Part shown: positions 19,703 to 29,580 of the stretch, piece by piece
Layout of the letters: every line of letters starts with the position of its first letter
Position numbering within the stretch: the first letter of the stretch is position 1
Source of the DNA: an uncultured Chlamydiae bacterium
Lineage (GTDB): Bacteria > Chlamydiota > Chlamydiia > Chlamydiales > Parachlamydiaceae
Direction of reading: 5' to 3'
DNA: 64,000 nt
NCBI GenBank assembly: GCA_963830365.1
Contig: CAWHMU010000036.1
Location: forward strand, 1-64,000
Made by a program: the position numbers and the translations under genes
Notes under the pieces: generated by a model
What the model saw: only the letters and a program-made list of their open reading frames with translations
Database searches by the model: none
What the model was told of the DNA's origin: nothing

Positions 19703-20872
19703 ATGAAAAGTAAAGAGCAAGATTCTCAAGATTCCCAAATGCCAGAGGCCCAACTGCCCAAGCGCTGGATCGGCTGCGATATCGAAGCCGACTATTTCGG
19801 CGACGAGCGCAAAGTCGGCAAGCAGGATCGCAAGCACGCCGCTGCCAAAGACCGCTCCAAATACAAAAAGACCGACCAGCGCAAGCTTGTCAAGGAAAGG
19901 GATTTTAAGGTCGATAAGGAGCACTTAGAGCGCGGCCGGGTGCTGTCCATCGCCTCACAAGGCATCATCGTGGATGTCGATGGGGAACAGCTCTTATGCA
20001 CCTTGCGCGGCGTCCTCAAGAAGGACAAAACAGAAGCCAAGAATCTGGTGACGGTGGGGGACTTTGTGCTGCTGGAAAGAAGTTCTGCCGGCGAAGGGCT
20101 GATTGCGCATGTCGAACCGCGCGCTTCGGTGCTGTCGCGGGCGGAAAATCTCTCGCGCCGCAAATCCCAGCTGATCGCCGCCAACATCGACCAGGTGATC
20201 ATCACCGTAGCTGTCGTCTCACCGCCCCTTAAGCCAGGGCTTGTCGACCGCTATATCATCGCCGCCCAGAAAGGTGGCATGGCGCCTGTGATCGTGGTCA
20301 ATAAGATCGACCTGCTGGAAAGCTGCGAAGATGAGGTGCTGCGCGAGACGGAAAAGGAGATTTACAGCGAGATGCTCACGGCCTATCAGGCCGCCGGCAT
20401 CCCCATCATCGCGGTCAGCACGCTGACAGGGGTCGGCATCGACCGGTTGCAGGCCGCCATGGCCGGCAAAGCGTCGGTCTTTTCCGGACAGTCGGGGGTG
20501 GGCAAGTCATCGCTGATCAATACCATCACCGGCCACACGCTGCGCGTGGGCGGCATGGTGGGGAAGACCAAGAAAGGCTCGCATACCACATCGACAGCGC
20601 AGCTTTTGCCGCTGGCGTGCGGGGGCTGGTGCATCGATACGCCCGGCATCAAGAGCTTCGGGGTGTGGGATCTGGACAAAGAGGAGATCGAGCAGTATTT
20701 CCCCGAAATCTTCACCTGCGGCCACGCCTGCCGCTATCCCGACTGCTCCCATATGGGGGAAGAGGAGTGCGCCGTGGTGGCCGCCGCCGAAAAAGGCGAA
20801 ATCTCCTATCTGCGCTACGCCTCCTACGTCTCCCTCATGCAGAGCTTCTCGGAAGAGCACTACCGCCGCTAG
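19703..20872 (+). CDS. rsgA: Ribosome small subunit-dependent GTPase A
   Basis: NKID, GQSGVGKS, HTT, DTPG, C-terminal CxxxxCxHxxxxxC zinc site. Confidence 0.96.
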   Translation: MKSKEQDSQDSQMPEAQLPKRWIGCDIEADYFGDERKVGKQDRKHAAAKDRSKYKKTDQRKLVKERDFKVDKEHLERGRVLSIASQGIIVDVDGEQLLCTLRGVLKKDKTEAKNLVTVGDFVLLERSSAGEGLIAHVEPRASVLSRAENLSRRKSQLIAANIDQVIITVAVVSPPLKPGLVDRYIIAAQKGGMAPVIVVNKIDLLESCEDEVLRETEKEIYSEMLTAYQAAGIPIIAVSTLTGVGIDRLQAAMAGKASVFSGQSGVGKSSLINTITGHTLRVGGMVGKTKKGSHTTSTAQLLPLACGGWCIDTPGIKSFGVWDLDKEEIEQYFPEIFTCGHACRYPDCSHMGEEECAVVAAAEKGEISYLRYASYVSLMQSFSEEHYRR

Positions 20873-20874
20873 CG

Positions 20875-21498
20875 TTAAGCTGCGCGGTGGCTGATGCGCC
20901 GGTAGATGGTGGCCAGGGCCAGTATCGTCACCGGCACGGTGACAAGCAGGCCGATGCCAAGGAACAACAGACCCACGATGTTCAAACCCAAACAGGCCAT
21001 ATAAAGCACGAAAATTGGCCAGGTGATCCCTTCGGTGGCTTTGGCGGTCTGTTTCAGCGCTTCTATCGGCCCTAGGTTTTTATCGAGGACGAAGAAATGG
21101 AACAGGCCGAATCTGGCCAAGACATAAAATCCCGGCACGACCAATAAGAGCAGGCCGATGATGAACATGATGCCGAAGAGGATGCTGGCTACAATCCAGG
21201 AGACGAAAAGACGCCAGTTCCGGTACAGCTGGTCAAAGCCCGGCTTGATGGCCGCGGTGATCAGCAAGCTGGAGTTATAGAGGCCCATATTCGCCAGCGG
21301 CACGACCACCCAGCCCAGGAAATGCAGAACAGTCCATTGCAAACCATACTGCAAGCTATCTTCCCGGCCGGCAAACCCCAGGGCCAAGTTTAAGACGAAC
21401 AGGATGAACTGGTAGGCGATAAGGAAGCCTAGATTGGCTTTTGTCAGCCTCCAGCCTTCTTTGATAAGGTCTTTGACGGCAAATAATTGTGTGTCCAT
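20875..21498 (-). CDS. Integral membrane protein (YciC-like)
   Basis: Multiple TM segments; LLLLVVPG...GPIEALK pattern. Confidence 0.75.
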   Translation of the reverse strand: MDTQLFAVKDLIKEGWRLTKANLGFLIAYQFILFVLNLALGFAGREDSLQYGLQWTVLHFLGWVVVPLANMGLYNSSLLITAAIKPGFDQLYRNWRLFVSWIVASILFGIMFIIGLLLLVVPGFYVLARFGLFHFFVLDKNLGPIEALKQTAKATEGITWPIFVLYMACLGLNIVGLLFLGIGLLVTVPVTILALATIYRRISHRAA

Positions 21499-21643
21499 GG
21501 ATACCTCTTGTTAAAATAATTTTATATAATTTATGCATGAATTAATGACAAGCCCAGCAGGCATTTCACATATCCGGTTGTACTTAAAAATCGGGAGGCT
21601 TATCTTAAAATGAAATTAAACAGGCCAAAAAAAGGCGTTTCTT

Positions 21644-22972
21644 ATGTCATATATCCGCTCCGTCAAAGCTCTTGAAATCCTCGATTCGCGCGGCAACCCG
21701 ACGCTTGAGGTGATGATATCCACCGACCGCGATGTCATCGCCAAAGCCGCCGTGCCGTCGGGCGCTTCGACCGGCGCCAACGAAGCGCTGGAATTGCGCG
21801 ATGGCGATATGTCGCGCTATGGCGGAAAAGGGGTCTTGCAGGCGGTGGCGCATGTCAACGGTCCTATCGCCCAGATCCTGGTGGGGGAGCATGTCTTTGA
21901 CCAGCGGCGCCTCGACATGTTGATGATCGAAAGCGACGGCACGGAAAACAAAGGGCGCTTTGGGGCCAATGCCATCCTAGGGGCGTCGCTTGCGCTGGCA
22001 AGAGCCGGCGCGCTGACGGCTAAAGAGCCTCTGTACCGCTATATCGGCGGCTGCCAGGCCTATATCCTGCCCTGTCCGATGATGAATATCATCAATGGGG
22101 GCGCGCATGCCGACAACTCGCTGGATTTTCAGGAGTTTATGATCCGCCCGGTGGGGGCGCCGTCTTTTAAGGAAGCCGTGCGCTGGGGCGCCGAGATCTT
22201 CCATACCCTGAAGGGCTTGCTTAAAGCCGAAGGGTATGCCACCTCTGTCGGCGATGAGGGCGGCTTTGCCCCCAACCTGCCATCCAACGAAGCGGCTTTG
22301 GATATTATCTTGGAGGCCATTACCAAGGCCGGCTACCATCCCGGCAGCCAGGTCACGCTGGCGCTGGACTGCGCCGCTTCGGAATTTTTCGATATAGCCA
22401 GCGGCTGCTATATCGAGAAGAAACTCAAAAAGCGCAAGCAGGAGTACAAAGAACGCACGGCTGAAGAGCAGGTCGACTACCTGGCCGGGCTATGCGCGCA
22501 ATATCCGATCGATTCTATCGAAGATGGGCTGCATGAGGCCGACTGGGAAGGGTGGAAGATCCTGACAGAGCGCTTGGGAGCTAAAATACAGATCGTGGGC
22601 GATGACCTGTTTGTCACCAACCCTAAGTTTTTGGGTAAAGGCATTGCGCACGGCATTGCCAATTCGATATTAGTCAAAGTAAACCAGATCGGCACTTTGA
22701 CAGAGACGCTGGAGACCATCCGCCTAGCCCAGACGCATGCTTACAGCACGATCATCTCGCACCGCTCCGGCGAGACCGAAGACAGCATCATCGCCGACAT
22801 CTGCGTGGCGGTCAATGCCGGCCAGATCAAGACCGGCTCGCTGTCGCGCACCGACCGCATCGCCAAATACAACCGCCTGCTCAATATCGAGGAAGGCATG
22901 GGCGGCTATGGCCGCTATATGGACAGCAATCCGTGTAGGGCGCAACCTGATCCCGACCTGTTTCATCTGTAG
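21644..22972 (+). CDS. eno: Enolase
   Basis: [40 protein letters not shown]. Confidence 0.99.
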   Translation: MSYIRSVKALEILDSRGNPTLEVMISTDRDVIAKAAVPSGASTGANEALELRDGDMSRYGGKGVLQAVAHVNGPIAQILVGEHVFDQRRLDMLMIESDGTENKGRFGANAILGASLALARAGALTAKEPLYRYIGGCQAYILPCPMMNIINGGAHADNSLDFQEFMIRPVGAPSFKEAVRWGAEIFHTLKGLLKAEGYATSVGDEGGFAPNLPSNEAALDIILEAITKAGYHPGSQVTLALDCAASEFFDIASGCYIEKKLKKRKQEYKERTAEEQVDYLAGLCAQYPIDSIEDGLHEADWEGWKILTERLGAKIQIVGDDLFVTNPKFLGKGIAHGIANSILVKVNQIGTLTETLETIRLAQTHAYSTIISHRSGETEDSIIADICVAVNAGQIKTGSLSRTDRIAKYNRLLNIEEGMGGYGRYMDSNPCRAQPDPDLFHL

Positions 22973-23047
22973 CCTTGAATCTTTAGACGCCTTATGTTGC
23001 GTGCCCGTGAGCTGGTAGCCTATCCCTCTTTAAGTCAGTAAAATGTT

Positions 23048-23070
23048 GCTGAGCTCCGATGGAGCTCAGC
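23048..23070. repeat. Perfect short hairpin gctgagctcc-gat-ggagctcagc between convergent genes
   Basis: Direct reading; a related gagctc hairpin occurs near 38630. Confidence 0.6.
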
Positions 23071-23213
23071 GGCAAACAGATAACGGCTTAAGGGAAATGG
23101 GATGTGCTTGCCCGTGCCCACTTTCATCTCCTATCGATGCTGCGATGATTAATCTGCACACCGTCGTTGCCGAGGGCGCGGCAGGTGACGGCCACATTCA
23201 GCGCTTGGGTGCG

Positions 23214-24656
23214 CTATGGGCGATGGTAGATGGCTAAGATCTCAGGATCTTTTTTTAATTCATCGGATGCATATCTAAAGGCCTCTCTATCGTTTTGCAC
23301 GGCAGCCAAGACAACCTCTCGATCGTTTTTTAATTCATCGGATGCATATCTAAAGGCCTCTCTATCGTTTTGCACGGCAGCCAAGACAACCTCTCGATCG
23401 TTTTTTAATTCATCGGATGCATATCGAAGAGCCGATCCATCGTTTTGCACGGCAGCCCAGACAACCTCTCGATCGTGCTGGAATTTCGGTGCATCTTGAA
23501 GAGCATATCCACGGTTTTGCACGGCAGCCAAGACAACCCCTTTATCGTGCTGGAATTTCGGTGCATATTGAAGAGCTCTTCCATTAGTTTGCACGGCAGC
23601 CAAGACAACCTCTCTATCGTCCTGAAATTGCGGTGCGTATCTAAGCGCCTCTCCATCGTTTTGCACGGCAGCCATGACAACCTCTCTATCGTCCTGGAAC
23701 TGCGGTGCGTATCTAAGAGCCTCTCCATCGTTTTGCACGGCAGCCAGGACAACCCCTTTATCGTGCTGGAATTGCGGTGCGTATCTAAGAGCCTCTCCAT
23801 TGTTTTGCACGGCAGCCAAGACAACGCCTCTATCGTGCTGGAATTGCGGTGCGTATCTAAGAGCCTCTCCATTAGTTTGCACGGCAGCCAAAACAACCTC
23901 TCTATCGTGCTGGAATTTCGGTGCATATTCAAGAGCCGATCCATTATTTTGCACGGCAGCCAAGACAATTTCTCTATCGTCCTGGAATTTCGGTGCATAG
24001 TCAAGAGCCTCTCCATAAGTTCGCACGGCAGCCAAGACAACCTCTCTATCGTGCTGGAATTTTGGTGCATATTGAAGAGCCCTTCCATTAGTTTGCACGG
24101 CAGCCAAGACAATTTCTTTATCGTGCTGGAATTTCGGTGCATGTTGAAGAGCCTCTCCATGAGTTCGCACGGCGGCTAATATAAAATCTCTATCTGCGAG
24201 TAATGCTGGTACTGCTTCAAGAATGTCGTAGTCCACCGCAACAAGCAACAGCACGATTTCTTTGTCTCCTAATAACTCGCGCTGTAATGGGTCTGCTGGA
24301 TTTGTTCTGATCAGATACCAATCCGCATCAAATCCCAAAATGATAGCCGCTTGCCTGCAAATAGCTTTTTTTGAATAATCTACACTCCTGTAAGGGTGAT
24401 TGAAAATAGCTGGGTCGGAGGCGTCTAATTTGTCTAGGGCGGCGATCATGTGTGCATAGGTTGATGGTTTTCCTGTCGGTCGCTGATTTTCACCTGATAG
24501 CGGGCGCGAAGCAGATGGGGAACGATGCTCTATCAGGCTAGCTTGGCTATCTGCGGTTGTATCCCCTTTCCTTTCATCGCTGTCTGACGCTGGCGTGGCT
24601 GCCGCGGCAAGTTTTTCTAAAGATGCTTTTATTCTTTTTTTTATGTCAAACAGCAT
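23214..24656 (-). CDS. DUF4116-type helical repeat protein (13 repeats of 24-25 aa); probably the 3' part of a frameshifted gene
   Basis: Repeats VVLAAVQxxGxALxYAxxFQxDRE; 72/75-bp DNA tandem repeat 23240-24180. Confidence 0.88.
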   Translation of the reverse strand: MLFDIKKRIKASLEKLAAAATPASDSDERKGDTTADSQASLIEHRSPSASRPLSGENQRPTGKPSTYAHMIAALDKLDASDPAIFNHPYRSVDYSKKAICRQAAIILGFDADWYLIRTNPADPLQRELLGDKEIVLLLVAVDYDILEAVPALLADRDFILAAVRTHGEALQHAPKFQHDKEIVLAAVQTNGRALQYAPKFQHDREVVLAAVRTYGEALDYAPKFQDDREIVLAAVQNNGSALEYAPKFQHDREVVLAAVQTNGEALRYAPQFQHDRGVVLAAVQNNGEALRYAPQFQHDKGVVLAAVQNDGEALRYAPQFQDDREVVMAAVQNDGEALRYAPQFQDDREVVLAAVQTNGRALQYAPKFQHDKGVVLAAVQNRGYALQDAPKFQHDREVVWAAVQNDGSALRYASDELKNDREVVLAAVQNDREAFRYASDELKNDREVVLAAVQNDREAFRYASDELKKDPEILAIYHRP

Positions 24657-25278
24657 GGCTTTTTTTGCTTAGCTCCAGGCCTTTATGCAGCGCGGCGATA
24701 TTTTTTAGTCCCTCATCGATGTCCTTAGCTTCTTTTGAGTGGTTGGGCTGCGCGCGTTCAAGAGACTTTTTACATTCTAGCGCGCCGACTAAGTCTTTAT
24801 CATATAAATAATCGGCAACGATTTCCCCTGGCCCGGCTCCGCCGCCATCAATAAAAAGATCTGCAAAGGTTGTCAGGCTGGCGTCCGATTTCAGCTCTTC
24901 TGTAGAGTCTGCCTGCCGATTCCTTGAGGCCGCCAGCGTAGCGCGTTCGGTGCTGCTTAACGAGGCTTCTATGGCCGCTGCGACGGCTGGATTTACATAG
25001 GGTTTGGGCGGCGCTGATGCAGACGGCGATGCTTGGCCAGCGGCGGCAGCAGCAGCGTCGGATCCGCTGCCAGCAGCTGCGGTCTGGTCGTTTAAAACAT
25101 GCTGAACGGCAGCGTCTGTTTTTTGCACCGTGGCGGCGGGTGGATTTTGGCTACATAAACGACGCACTAATGACACCATGCGGCCAAATAGGGAACCGAA
25201 GAAAGAGCCCTCATTAGGGGATGTGGGTGGATTTGGTGCGGCCATGCCTGAAGGAGGGATGGATGTTGGTGATGACAT
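24646..25278 (-). CDS. Ser/Pro/Ala-rich hypothetical protein; probable 5' part of the DUF4116 gene
   Basis: AAGGAG RBS before ATG 25278; overlaps next ORF just after an A7 run. Confidence 0.7.
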   Translation of the reverse strand: MSSPTSIPPSGMAAPNPPTSPNEGSFFGSLFGRMVSLVRRLCSQNPPAATVQKTDAAVQHVLNDQTAAAGSGSDAAAAAAGQASPSASAPPKPYVNPAVAAAIEASLSSTERATLAASRNRQADSTEELKSDASLTTFADLFIDGGGAGPGEIVADYLYDKDLVGALECKKSLERAQPNHSKEAKDIDEGLKNIAALHKGLELSKKSHAV

Positions 25279-25356
25279 AGGAGACTCCTTGATCAAAGCA
25301 TTTTAGCATAGTTAAATTGCGGTTTTTTCGCAGCTAGGGGTTGTTTTTCGATTTGA

Positions 25357-25595
25357 GGGTCATCACACAAATGAGTGGTTGACAGAGCTAACATCTCAAA
25401 AACTCATCATGTAGGCTTTGGCTGAACGGTTTGAGGTCAGGCTTGCGATTTGCGATTTGAAAGGCGTCGGGCTTTCTAATGCATTTAGGACTTTCAAATC
25501 ACAAATCACAAGCCAGACCCCAATCCTCAAAGTCCTTTCACGTCGTGAGTTCTTGAGCGCTCATCTCTGTCAACCACTCGTTTGTGCGATGAACC
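25357..25595. mobile_element. MITE with about 30-bp terminal inverted repeats and 8-bp TSD cgatttga
   Basis: gggtcatcacacaaatgagtggttgacagag / ctctgtcaaccactcgtttgtgcgatgaacc; cgatttga at 25349-25356 and 25596-25603. Confidence 0.9.
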
Positions 25596-25774
25596 CGATT
25601 TGAGAGGTGCTGACTCCTGATAAGTATAAATATACAATTAAATTCAATTAAACATCAAGTTTAGTTACAAGTGTTTGTTATTTTTTAAATGCTATTTGTT
25701 GGTGGTGAGTTAAAAAAAAGAATGGATTCTTGTTGTGTTTGATGAGTCATAAATCTTTATGATGGCAGATCAAT

Positions 25775-26254
25775 GGTTCATCCGACAAATGCGTACCTTA
25801 GCACAGTAGAAATAATTTAGGTTCATCACAGAAATTCGTACAGACTCTCAAGGCTTGACCTCAGTCAGGGCTCTCGGTAACAGACCGATAGCACTATCGC
25901 GCTGGCATAAACCACAACGAATTTAACCAGAACCTCTTCTCTTGTTTCATATCTCTAGTTTGCTTAAAACCTGCTTGAGGTCAAGCCTGCGATTTGCGAT
26001 TTGAAAACGTCCACCTTATTTGGCGTTGTTCACCCAACCGGTCAATTTCTTGCTCCGTGCTCTCTGTGCCTCTGTGTTTGATTTTTTGAAACACAGAGGC
26101 ACAGAGAGCACGGAGAGAGCAGCATCATCGTGACCGAAAGTTCCCCTGTGAAGGTGGACACGGCCCCTTATTTTAGCTCTCTCTAATTTCAAATCACAAA
26201 TCACAGGCTCGACCCCACTCCTCGAGAGTCAGGTACGCATTTGTCGGATGAACC
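25775..26254. mobile_element. MITE with perfect 24-bp TIRs and 8-bp TSD agatcaat, containing nested elements
   Basis: ggttcatccgacaaatgcgtacct / aggtacgcatttgtcggatgaacc; agatcaat at 25767-25774 and 26255-26262. Confidence 0.93.
26022..26165. mobile_element. Nested MITE (inverted copy of 8460-8614), 8-bp TSD ccttattt
   Basis: ggcgttgttcacc / ggtggacacggcc; ccttattt at 26014-26021 and 26166-26173. Confidence 0.9.
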
Positions 26255-26422
26255 AGATCAATGGACACCACTAACCACTGGTGATTTCAGAACTTTTTGA
26301 CAGTCTAGGCCGAGCCTTGAGATTTGCGAATGTCTGCATTATTTTTTAGCGGCTAGCACTAAAATCACAAATCACAGGCTAGACCCCAATCCTAGAGCCA
26401 ATTTTACGATAGGAGTTTGTAT

Positions 26423-27775
26423 TTACAGCTGGCCGCTGAAGGTCTGGATCCAGCGCTTGCCGTTTTTGACGACGCTGTCTAGCTGCACATCGTCTTTGCC
26501 ATGGGCGCGGCAGGTGACGGCCAGATTCAGGGCTTGGGTGGCGCATTTGAAGGCGGCTTTATTATCGCCGACCTTTTCGTGTGCAAACGACAGGTTATGC
26601 CAGGCCAGGGCCAGCAGCACGCGGTCTTGTCTTGTTTCAGGCAGGGCCAGGTGTCGATCTAAGGCCTCTTGGCGCAGGTTGAGTGCCTGCTGCGGGGAGA
26701 GTTTTTCGAGGAAGGCGCGTTTGTTGGTGCAGCGGGCGTGCATCTTTTCGGGGTCTTTGGAGAGGGCGACGCACTGTTCCCAGCGCTGGCTTAAGGCGGC
26801 CTGCGCGGCTTTGATTTGTGCTTTGACTTGGGCGGTTTGATCCAGCCCTTGGTAGTGGCTGATGTTGGCGGCGGCAAAGCCTGTGATCTCATTGTAGATC
26901 AATTCGGCCAGCTGGTCGTTGACCTCTGCCTGGTTGAAATGCGGCTTGGTCTGGGCTTGCCGCAGGCAGGCTTCGCCTGTGCCGAGGAGGCGGGCCGAAT
27001 CGTCGAGGGTGGTCTGTTTGAGGTAGCGCATGGCGCCGTGGGTGTAGAGCAGGATTTTAGGGATGTTGAAGAGCTGGCGCTGGTTAAGGGTGGCGGCTTT
27101 TTCCGCCCAGCGCTCGGCCGGCAGGCTGTGGATGAGGGCGTCGGCCTGGGCTGAATATTTGGTGCGGGTGGAGTCGAGGTGATACAGGTCTTCGAGGTGG
27201 TTTAGGGTGGACAGGTCGGGGCAGGTAGGGCTTAAGCCTAAGGCATATTGCTGCAGCAGCAAGGCGGTTTTAAGGACATAAAGCGCCGATTGGAAGGGGT
27301 CGGGGGTTTGCGTGCTGGCATAGATAGCCACGCCAAAGCGGGTCACGATTTCGGTCAGCTGCCAGGCGATCTCTTTAGGCAGGTGCACGGGGTCGAGTTT
27401 GGCAGCCGTTATGGCCTGCTTGGCGGCGACAAAGGCGCGTTGGTGGGCGTTGAGCCAGTCTTGGCGTTTTTTGGTGCTGGCAGCTTCCTGATCGATGGCG
27501 GCCTGTTTGGTGGTGGGTGGCGACAAGCTGATTTGTCTATAGGCAGTCTCCTTGGCGGTGATCTCATCGAGGTGGGCCAGGAGGTGTTGCGCCGGTACAA
27601 GTTTAAGTGTTTTGAAGGGATGGCAGAACAGGCAATGGAAGAGGGTGACGAAGAAAGAGAGGCATGACTGCCAGATGCGCTGCAGTTTGGCAGTCAGCGT
27701 GTGGGGATTTTTTGGGGCGGCGGCAACAGCTGGCAAGGGGGGCTGGGATGAAGTAGGTCTTTGTACTGGCAGCAT
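26423..27775 (-). CDS. Hypothetical helical protein with C-terminal TPR-like motif
   Basis: 450-aa ORF, AAGGAG RBS, ALAWHNLSFAHEKVGDNKAAFKCATQAL. Confidence 0.75.
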   Translation of the reverse strand: MLPVQRPTSSQPPLPAVAAAPKNPHTLTAKLQRIWQSCLSFFVTLFHCLFCHPFKTLKLVPAQHLLAHLDEITAKETAYRQISLSPPTTKQAAIDQEAASTKKRQDWLNAHQRAFVAAKQAITAAKLDPVHLPKEIAWQLTEIVTRFGVAIYASTQTPDPFQSALYVLKTALLLQQYALGLSPTCPDLSTLNHLEDLYHLDSTRTKYSAQADALIHSLPAERWAEKAATLNQRQLFNIPKILLYTHGAMRYLKQTTLDDSARLLGTGEACLRQAQTKPHFNQAEVNDQLAELIYNEITGFAAANISHYQGLDQTAQVKAQIKAAQAALSQRWEQCVALSKDPEKMHARCTNKRAFLEKLSPQQALNLRQEALDRHLALPETRQDRVLLALAWHNLSFAHEKVGDNKAAFKCATQALNLAVTCRAHGKDDVQLDSVVKNGKRWIQTFSGQL

Positions 27776-27935
27776 GTTTCACTCCTTAATTGTTTTAATT
27801 ATATAATAAATTTACTATAATTTATAGTTTGTTAGATAAAAAAGCAATAATAAAAATTGCGTAAAGTTTGTTGTTTAATTATAATGGAGGGTATAGGGTA
27901 ATGACACATGTTATCTGCTAAGAGTTGATAGCAAG

Positions 27936-28116
27936 GTTAGTTCTCAAGAAGTCATGGCACAGGTTCCGTGAGAACGGCTTGAGGTCAGGCTTGCGATTTG
28001 CGATTTGAAAGGAGTCGACCTTTCAAAGTGCTCTGTTGGACTTTCAAATCACAAATCACAAGCCAGACCCCAATCCTTAAGTCTCCAATCCTCTGCATGA
28101 GTTTTTGAGAACTTAC
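27936..28116. repeat. Palindromic element with GCGATTT/AAATCAC inner hairpin (family also at 25430, 25975, 26310, 29290)
   Basis: gttagttctcaagaagtcatg / catgagtttttgagaacttac outer arms; ggtcaggcttgcgatttgcgatttgaaag / ctttcaaatcacaaatcacaagccagacc inner arms; no TSD found. Confidence 0.8.
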
Positions 28117-28135
28117 ACAAGAAGAGGTCTGACTT

Positions 28136-28534
28136 ATGGAGATTTATAATATTGCGTTATTTGGCGAAGCCGAAAAAGGGGAATATTCCACCGCCTATTT
28201 CTGTCAAAGCGTGCAGCAGCTGCTGGAACGTTTTGGCAATCCTCCGCCAGAGAGCCGCGGCATTTATTATGCCATCCAAGCCCTGCTGTATCGGCGCGGC
28301 CTGATATTCTTTCGCGTACGCGAAGAGGGGTTCAGCTATGAGGATTATTTGAGTGGATTGCATTGTTTGCAAAAGCAGCAGCTGGTGCCGCATTTAGCGG
28401 CGCTGTGCCTGCCGGGCGTGGGCGATCGTGAAATCATCGAGGCCATCGCGCCGGTATGCGCCATCTATCACAGCATTTTGATTACCGGCGAGGCAGACTT
28501 TTACGACTACCTCACCGAAATCAGCATGCATTAA
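28136..28534 (+). CDS. Conserved hypothetical protein of chlamydial type
   Basis: IALFGEAEKG...FFRVREEGFS...LPGVGD resembles a conserved Chlamydiae family (recognition only). Confidence 0.75.
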   Translation: MEIYNIALFGEAEKGEYSTAYFCQSVQQLLERFGNPPPESRGIYYAIQALLYRRGLIFFRVREEGFSYEDYLSGLHCLQKQQLVPHLAALCLPGVGDREIIEAIAPVCAIYHSILITGEADFYDYLTEISMH

Positions 28535-28547
28535 ACCGTGCATTAAA

Positions 28548-29141
28548 TCAGTGTGTGGCGGTCATGAAGTATTTTTCCAGGCCCGCCTGGGTGGGTTGCA
28601 TGCTGGTTTTGCCTTGCTGCCAGTTGGCCGGGCATACTTCGCCATAGGTTTCAAAGTAGATCAAGGCATCCAGGATGCGCAAGGTCTCGTCCACGGAGCG
28701 CCCAAGCGGCAGGTCGTTGATCACCTGGTGGCGCACCACACCTTCCCTGTCGATTAGAAACAGGCCGCGGTAGGCAATGCCTTCTTCCGGGATGAGCACA
28801 TCGTAGGCGCTGGCGATTTTTTTGTTCAAATCGGCCACCAGCGGGTAGCTGACGCCCTGGATGCCGCCCTTGTTTTTTGGCGTATTGAGCCAGGCGAAAT
28901 GGGAATAGCAGCTGTCGATGGAGCAGGCCACCACTTGGGCGTTGCGCTGTTCAAATTCCGGCAGCTTATCTTGAAAGGCGTGCAGCTCTGTTGGACAGAC
29001 AAAAGTGAAGTCGAGCGGATAGAAGAAGAGGATCAGATATTTGCCGCGGTAGTGTGACAAGCAGAAATCATCGGTGATATGACCATTGACCACGGCTTTA
29101 GTTTTGAAATCGGGAGCCTGTTTGCCGACTAATGTGCCCAT
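28548..29141 (-). CDS. ahpC: 2-Cys peroxiredoxin AhpC
   Basis: FYPLDFTFVCPTE and GEVCPANW. Confidence 0.95.
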   Translation of the reverse strand: MGTLVGKQAPDFKTKAVVNGHITDDFCLSHYRGKYLILFFYPLDFTFVCPTELHAFQDKLPEFEQRNAQVVACSIDSCYSHFAWLNTPKNKGGIQGVSYPLVADLNKKIASAYDVLIPEEGIAYRGLFLIDREGVVRHQVINDLPLGRSVDETLRILDALIYFETYGEVCPANWQQGKTSMQPTQAGLEKYFMTATH

Positions 29142-29241
29142 AAAATCCTCCATCATTTAGTAAATAATAAAAAGTTTTGTAATTAGTTATCAACTTTACT
29201 ATAAATGTTTTTTTATAGCAATACCTTTCATCCAATGGATG

Positions 29242-29445
29242 GAGCTAACATCTCAAAAACGCATCATGTAGGCTTTGGCTGAACGGATTGGGTCAGGCTT
29301 GCGATTTGCGATTTGAAAGGAGTCGGGCTTTCTAATGCATTTAGGACTTTCAAATCACAAGCCTGACCCCAATCCTCAAAGTCCTTTCACGTCATGAGCT
29401 CATGAACGGTCATTCTCTGTCAACCACTCGTTTGTGTGATGAACC
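29242..29445. mobile_element. Left-truncated copy of the 25357-25595 MITE
   Basis: Near-identical internal sequence and right TIR ending gtgatgaacc; left TIR absent. Confidence 0.85.
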
Positions 29446-29580
29446 TCTTTTTTGCCCTTTATCTCTCATTTTGTAGCCCATACCTAAGCGCAGCGCAGGT
29501 GTGGGAACCTATGTCAATAAGACATAACCGGGGACCGGTTCTTCTTTTTTCTTTCCTGCAAATATTTATGAATAGAAGAG

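Noticed and set aside
23405..24179. 251-aa and 244-aa alternative-frame ORFs
   Set aside because: Stop-free by-products of the tandem repeat
23240..24180. Regular 72-bp repeats as a CRISPR array
   Set aside because: Whole units repeat in frame within a coding sequence; no unique spacers and no cas genes
27936..28116. This element as another 8-bp-TSD MITE
   Set aside because: Flanks do not match, so it is kept only as a palindromic repeat
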